In this document: positions 60,161 to 64,000 of the stretch, piece by piece
Layout of the letters: every line of letters begins with the position of its first letter
How positions within the stretch are numbered: position 1 is the first letter of the stretch
Assembly (NCBI RefSeq): GCF_022045235.1
Contig: NW_027266319.1
Coordinates: forward strand, 34,968,001 to 35,032,000
DNA length: 64,000 bases
Direction: 5' to 3'
Origin: Haliotis cracherodii
Taxonomy: Eukaryota
The notes under the pieces: model-generated
What the model was told of the DNA's origin: nothing
Seen by the model: the letters and a program-made list of their open reading frames with translations, nothing else
The model's database searches: none
Program-made: the position numbers and the translations under genes

Positions 60161-60619
60161 AGGACGTTAGTTGTTGATGATGCTGATAATGAGACATGCA
60201 TAGCGACTCGACAGGTTAGAAAATGTAGGTGTTGACAACATCGGAAAAGTGAACAAAGTTTAACCATGTCTGATACTTACCATGACTGTTCAACCACTAA
60301 AACGGAAGGATAACTTTCGTGCTTAGCAACAACATTATCTGACAAGTTTAAAATCTATATTGTGATTGAACCAGTACTATGCACAAAAGGGTTTCTAGGT
60401 TTATCGAAAACGTCACAGTTCTATACAATACTACAGGTAATTAAATAAACACTAATATGGACTGAGGAATGACGACGTCATATCCTGCTGACGGGCTTGT
60501 TATCTCAATGACCTACATGCCCAGCCTTGTTATCTGACCGTGTTATACCGGGGGACGGCTGCATACAAACTACCGTACTCCCATGATCCTCCGGGAATCG
60601 AGACACAGACAGAGACGGC

Positions 60620-60692
60620 ATGACATATTCGACATACACACTCATTCAGTCATGTCTTGTATTCATGGTAACGATGGGCGTGTCTGTACAAG
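60620..60692 (+). CDS. Probable signal-peptide first exon of a third gene or alternative first exon
   Basis: MTYSTYTLIQSCLVFMVTMGVSVQ + G|gtaaga; same phase, similar length and identical CAAG|GTAAGAC junction as the gene 2 first exon; no upstream polypyrimidine tract. Confidence 0.6.
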
Positions 60693-61950
60693 GTAAGACC
60701 ATGTGAGAATACCCTTGTGTATTCTGTTGTTCAAGGTATAGCGCCCTCTGGTGGTGAGTTTGATATCGAGTTTGTCCATTACCTGGACATGACCACACCC
60801 GTGGGTTTACTCTGATCGTTAGTTTGCGGTTCGGTTTTAAACTATTTGGGTTTGAATATGGATATTTTAGTACCCTTTATGCTGGCGGTATGGCGGGGAT
60901 ATAGAGGCTCGGTTAGGTAACCTTCGCGTGTTATTTCCGGGAAGTAATTAAAGGCAATACCAACTGATAGTTTAACACATAGTGGTCCCAATGTGTGAAC
61001 ACCTACAGTCCACGTAGGTTGGCCGTCATGATGAAGAATGAGGTTCATGGGTGAAATTAGTCATGCCCTTTCTTGGTGTTCCCAGCCGTGAAATACCCGA
61101 GGTAGCTCTGAAAGATGTGAACCCGTATTCGATAATAGCTATAAGAACCTGGCTGGTAATTAATCAATGACATTCTAGACGATAGTGGTAATATATTGGT
61201 ATATTTCCCAGCCATACTTCCTTTAAAACAATTCAAAACATCCTTCCTGATAGTTGATCAAAATGTACATGTATTGGTTTTATTCACACACATGTTAGCG
61301 CCCACATCTGTTATCTCACATTCTTCTAACACAAGAACACATGCAGCGTTCCCTTTATCTAAGAAACATAGACCCGGAATTACAACATGTAGCTGCAGCG
61401 CCCCTAAAGATAGGACAAACTGGGCTCCGTATCAACAAATAGTAAGTTGACAGCGCGCAGCAGGATCCCGGGATTCGAACCCACGTTCATTGGTGACTGG
61501 CACGCATAAGAGACGAATCCCTGCACAGAGACCTTTGTCACCCCTGTACCCTAGTTCTTGTTGTTGTTGTTTTGCTCATTGTTATATTTTTGGCAGTGAC
61601 TGTTGATGTTATCATTGTTGTCAACTACATACACTTTATTCAGATGTACTGTAGGCCATAGGCCCATGATACTATGGTTACAGTGTGGTGATGGGAGTTG
61701 GAGATCTCAACAGACTTTGCCTTAGATTCATAGCTTTTAGAATATACATGGCTAGTTTCTTAACAGTAAATGGGTTGGTGGATGACATTAAAATATTGTA
61801 CTTATGTCTTGTCGGGAACTCATAATAATTCAAGGATATATATTCTGTTGTTGTTGTTGTTGTCAATCTTTCGGTAGTTCTTAATATAATAAATGCGTTG
61901 TCATGTTTCTGTAATTACTACAATTGACCCCAGGGGCCCCACATACAGTG

Positions 61951-64000
61951 TCTTGGTATATCAAACCTGTCCTCATGTCTTTGTATGTCAATCCTGCTCA
62001 CGTCCTTGCATGTCAATCCTGTTCTCATGGCCTAGGTATATCAAACCTGTCCTCATGCCTGTGTACGTCAATCCTGTTCTCATGGCCTAGGTATATCAAA
62101 CCTGTCCTCACGTCTTTGTATGTCAATCCTGTTCTCATGGCCTTGGTATATCAAACCTGCCCTCATGTCTTTGTACGTCAGTCCTGCTCACGTCCTTGTA
62201 TGTCAATCCTGTTCTCATGGCCTAGGTATATCAAACCTGTCCTAACGTCTTTGTATGTCAATCCTGTTCTCATGGCCTAGGTATATCAAACCTGCCATCA
62301 TGTCTTTGTATGTCAATCCTGTTCTCATGGCCTAGGTATATTAATCCTGCTCAAGTATTTGTATGTCAATCCTGTTCTCATGGCCTAGGTATATCAATCC
62401 TGCTCAAGTATTTGTATGCCAATCCTGTTCTCATGGCCTAGGTATATCAAACCTGTCCTCATGTCTTTGTACGTCAGTCCTGCTCACGTCCTTGTATGTC
62501 AATCCTGTTCTCATGGCCTAGGTATATCAAACCTGTCCTCACGTCTTTGTATGTCAATCCTGATCTCATGGCCTTGGTATATCAAACCTGCCCTCATGTC
62601 TTTGTACGTCAATCCTGCTCACGTCCTTGTATGTCAATCCTGTTCTCATGGCCTAGCCATAACAAACCTGTCCTCACGTCCTTGTATGTCAATCCTGTTC
62701 TAATGACCTAGCCATAACAAACCTGTCCTCACGTCCTTGTATGTCAATCCTGTTCTCATGGCCTAGCCATAACAAACCTGTCCTCACGTCTTTGTATGTC
62801 AATCCTGTTCTCATGGCCTTGGTATATCAAACCTGCCATCATGTCTTTGTATGTCAATCCTGTTCGCATGGCCTAGCCATATCAAACCTGCCATCATGTC
62901 CTTGTATGTCAATTTTGTTCTCATGGCCTAGGTATATCAAACCTGTCCTCGTGTCTTTGTATGTCAATCCTGCTAAAGTATTTGTATGCCAATCCTGTTC
63001 TCATGGCCTAGGTATATCAAACCTGTCCTCACGTCTTTGTATGTCAATCCTGATATCATGGCCTTGGTATATCAAACCTGCCCTCATGTCTTTGTACGTC
63101 AATCCTGCTCACGTCCTTGTATGTCAATCCTGTTCTCATGGCCTAGCCATAACAAACCTGTCCTCACGTCCTTGTATGTCAATCCTGTTCTAATGACCTA
63201 GCCATAACAAACCTGTCCTCACGTCCTTGTATGTCAATCCTGTTCTCATGGCCTAGCCATAACAAACCTGTCCTCACGTCTTTGTATGTCAATCCTGTTC
63301 TCATGGCCTTGGTATATCAAACCTGCCATCATGTCTTTGTATGTCAATCCTGTTCGCATGGCCTAGCCATATCAAACCTGCCATCATGTCCTTGTATGTC
63401 AATTCTGTTCTCATGGCTTAGGTATATCAAACCTGTCCTCGTGTCTTTGTATGTCAATCCTGCTAAAGTATTTGTATGCCAATCCTGTTCTCATGGCCTA
63501 GGTATATCAAACCTGTCCTCACGTCTTTGTATGTCAATCCTGTTCTCATGGCCTAGGTATATCAAACCTGTCCTCGCGTCTTTGTATGTCAATCCTGTTC
63601 TCATGGCCTTGGTATATCAAACCTGCCCTCATGTCTTTGTACATCAATCCTTCTCACGTCTTTGTATGTCAATCCTGTTCTCATGGCCTAGCCATATCAA
63701 ACCTGTCCTCACGTCTTTGTATGTCAATCCTGTTCTCATGACCCTTGGCCTTGGTACATGTATATCAAACCTGCCCTCATGTCTTTGTACGTCAATCCTG
63801 CTCACGTCCTTGTATGTCAATCCTGTTCTCATGGCCTAGGTATATAAAACCTGTCCTCACGTCTTTGTATGTCAATCCTGTTCTCATGGCCTAGGTATAT
63901 CAAACCTGTCCTCAAGTCTTTGTATGTCAATCCTGTTCTCATGGCCTAGGTATATCAAACATGTTCGCATGTCTTTGTATGTCAATCCTGCTCACGTCCT
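61951..64000. repeat. Composite satellite (23-32-bp subunits, ~55-bp unit, 490-bp higher-order repeat), runs off window end
   Basis: TATATCAAACCTGTCCTCACGTCTTTG / TATGTCAATCCTGTTCTCATGGCCTAGG; ORF pairs 62496/62986 and 62741/63231 are 490 apart. Confidence 0.95.

Overview
Eukaryotic, intron-rich, repeat-rich animal DNA, probably a mollusc (abalone-like SINE tails; taxon is inference only). The window holds a + strand tandem cluster of F-type lectin (fucolectin/FTP)-EGF genes. Gene 1 (6643-42123, 34 coding exons mapped by hand, frame closes, ~1470 aa without its unlocated signal-peptide exon) encodes FTP domain + ~15 EGF-like repeats + TM + active PTP D1 + degenerate PTP D2, i.e. a lectin-headed receptor tyrosine phosphatase. 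Gene 2 (46695-~59584) encodes signal peptide-FTP-EGF-FTP-EGF-EGF-EGF and may be secreted. A third signal-peptide-like exon begins at 60620. The most unusual feature is that at least seven tandem-repeat arrays have units built from a real splice site plus adjacent exon sequence; the largest (12693-16191, ~39 units) is an array of phase-1/phase-1 60-nt half-EGF mini-exons with frame-preserving and stop-containing variants. EGF exons are also multiplied by segmental and intra-exon duplication. Introns carry four SINE families, a young 5'-truncated RNase H-bearing LINE with target-site duplication, several MITEs (one nested), Tc1 and Helitron-like remnants, a ~570-bp-arm inverted duplication and many satellites. 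All coordinates were read by eye; no searches were run.
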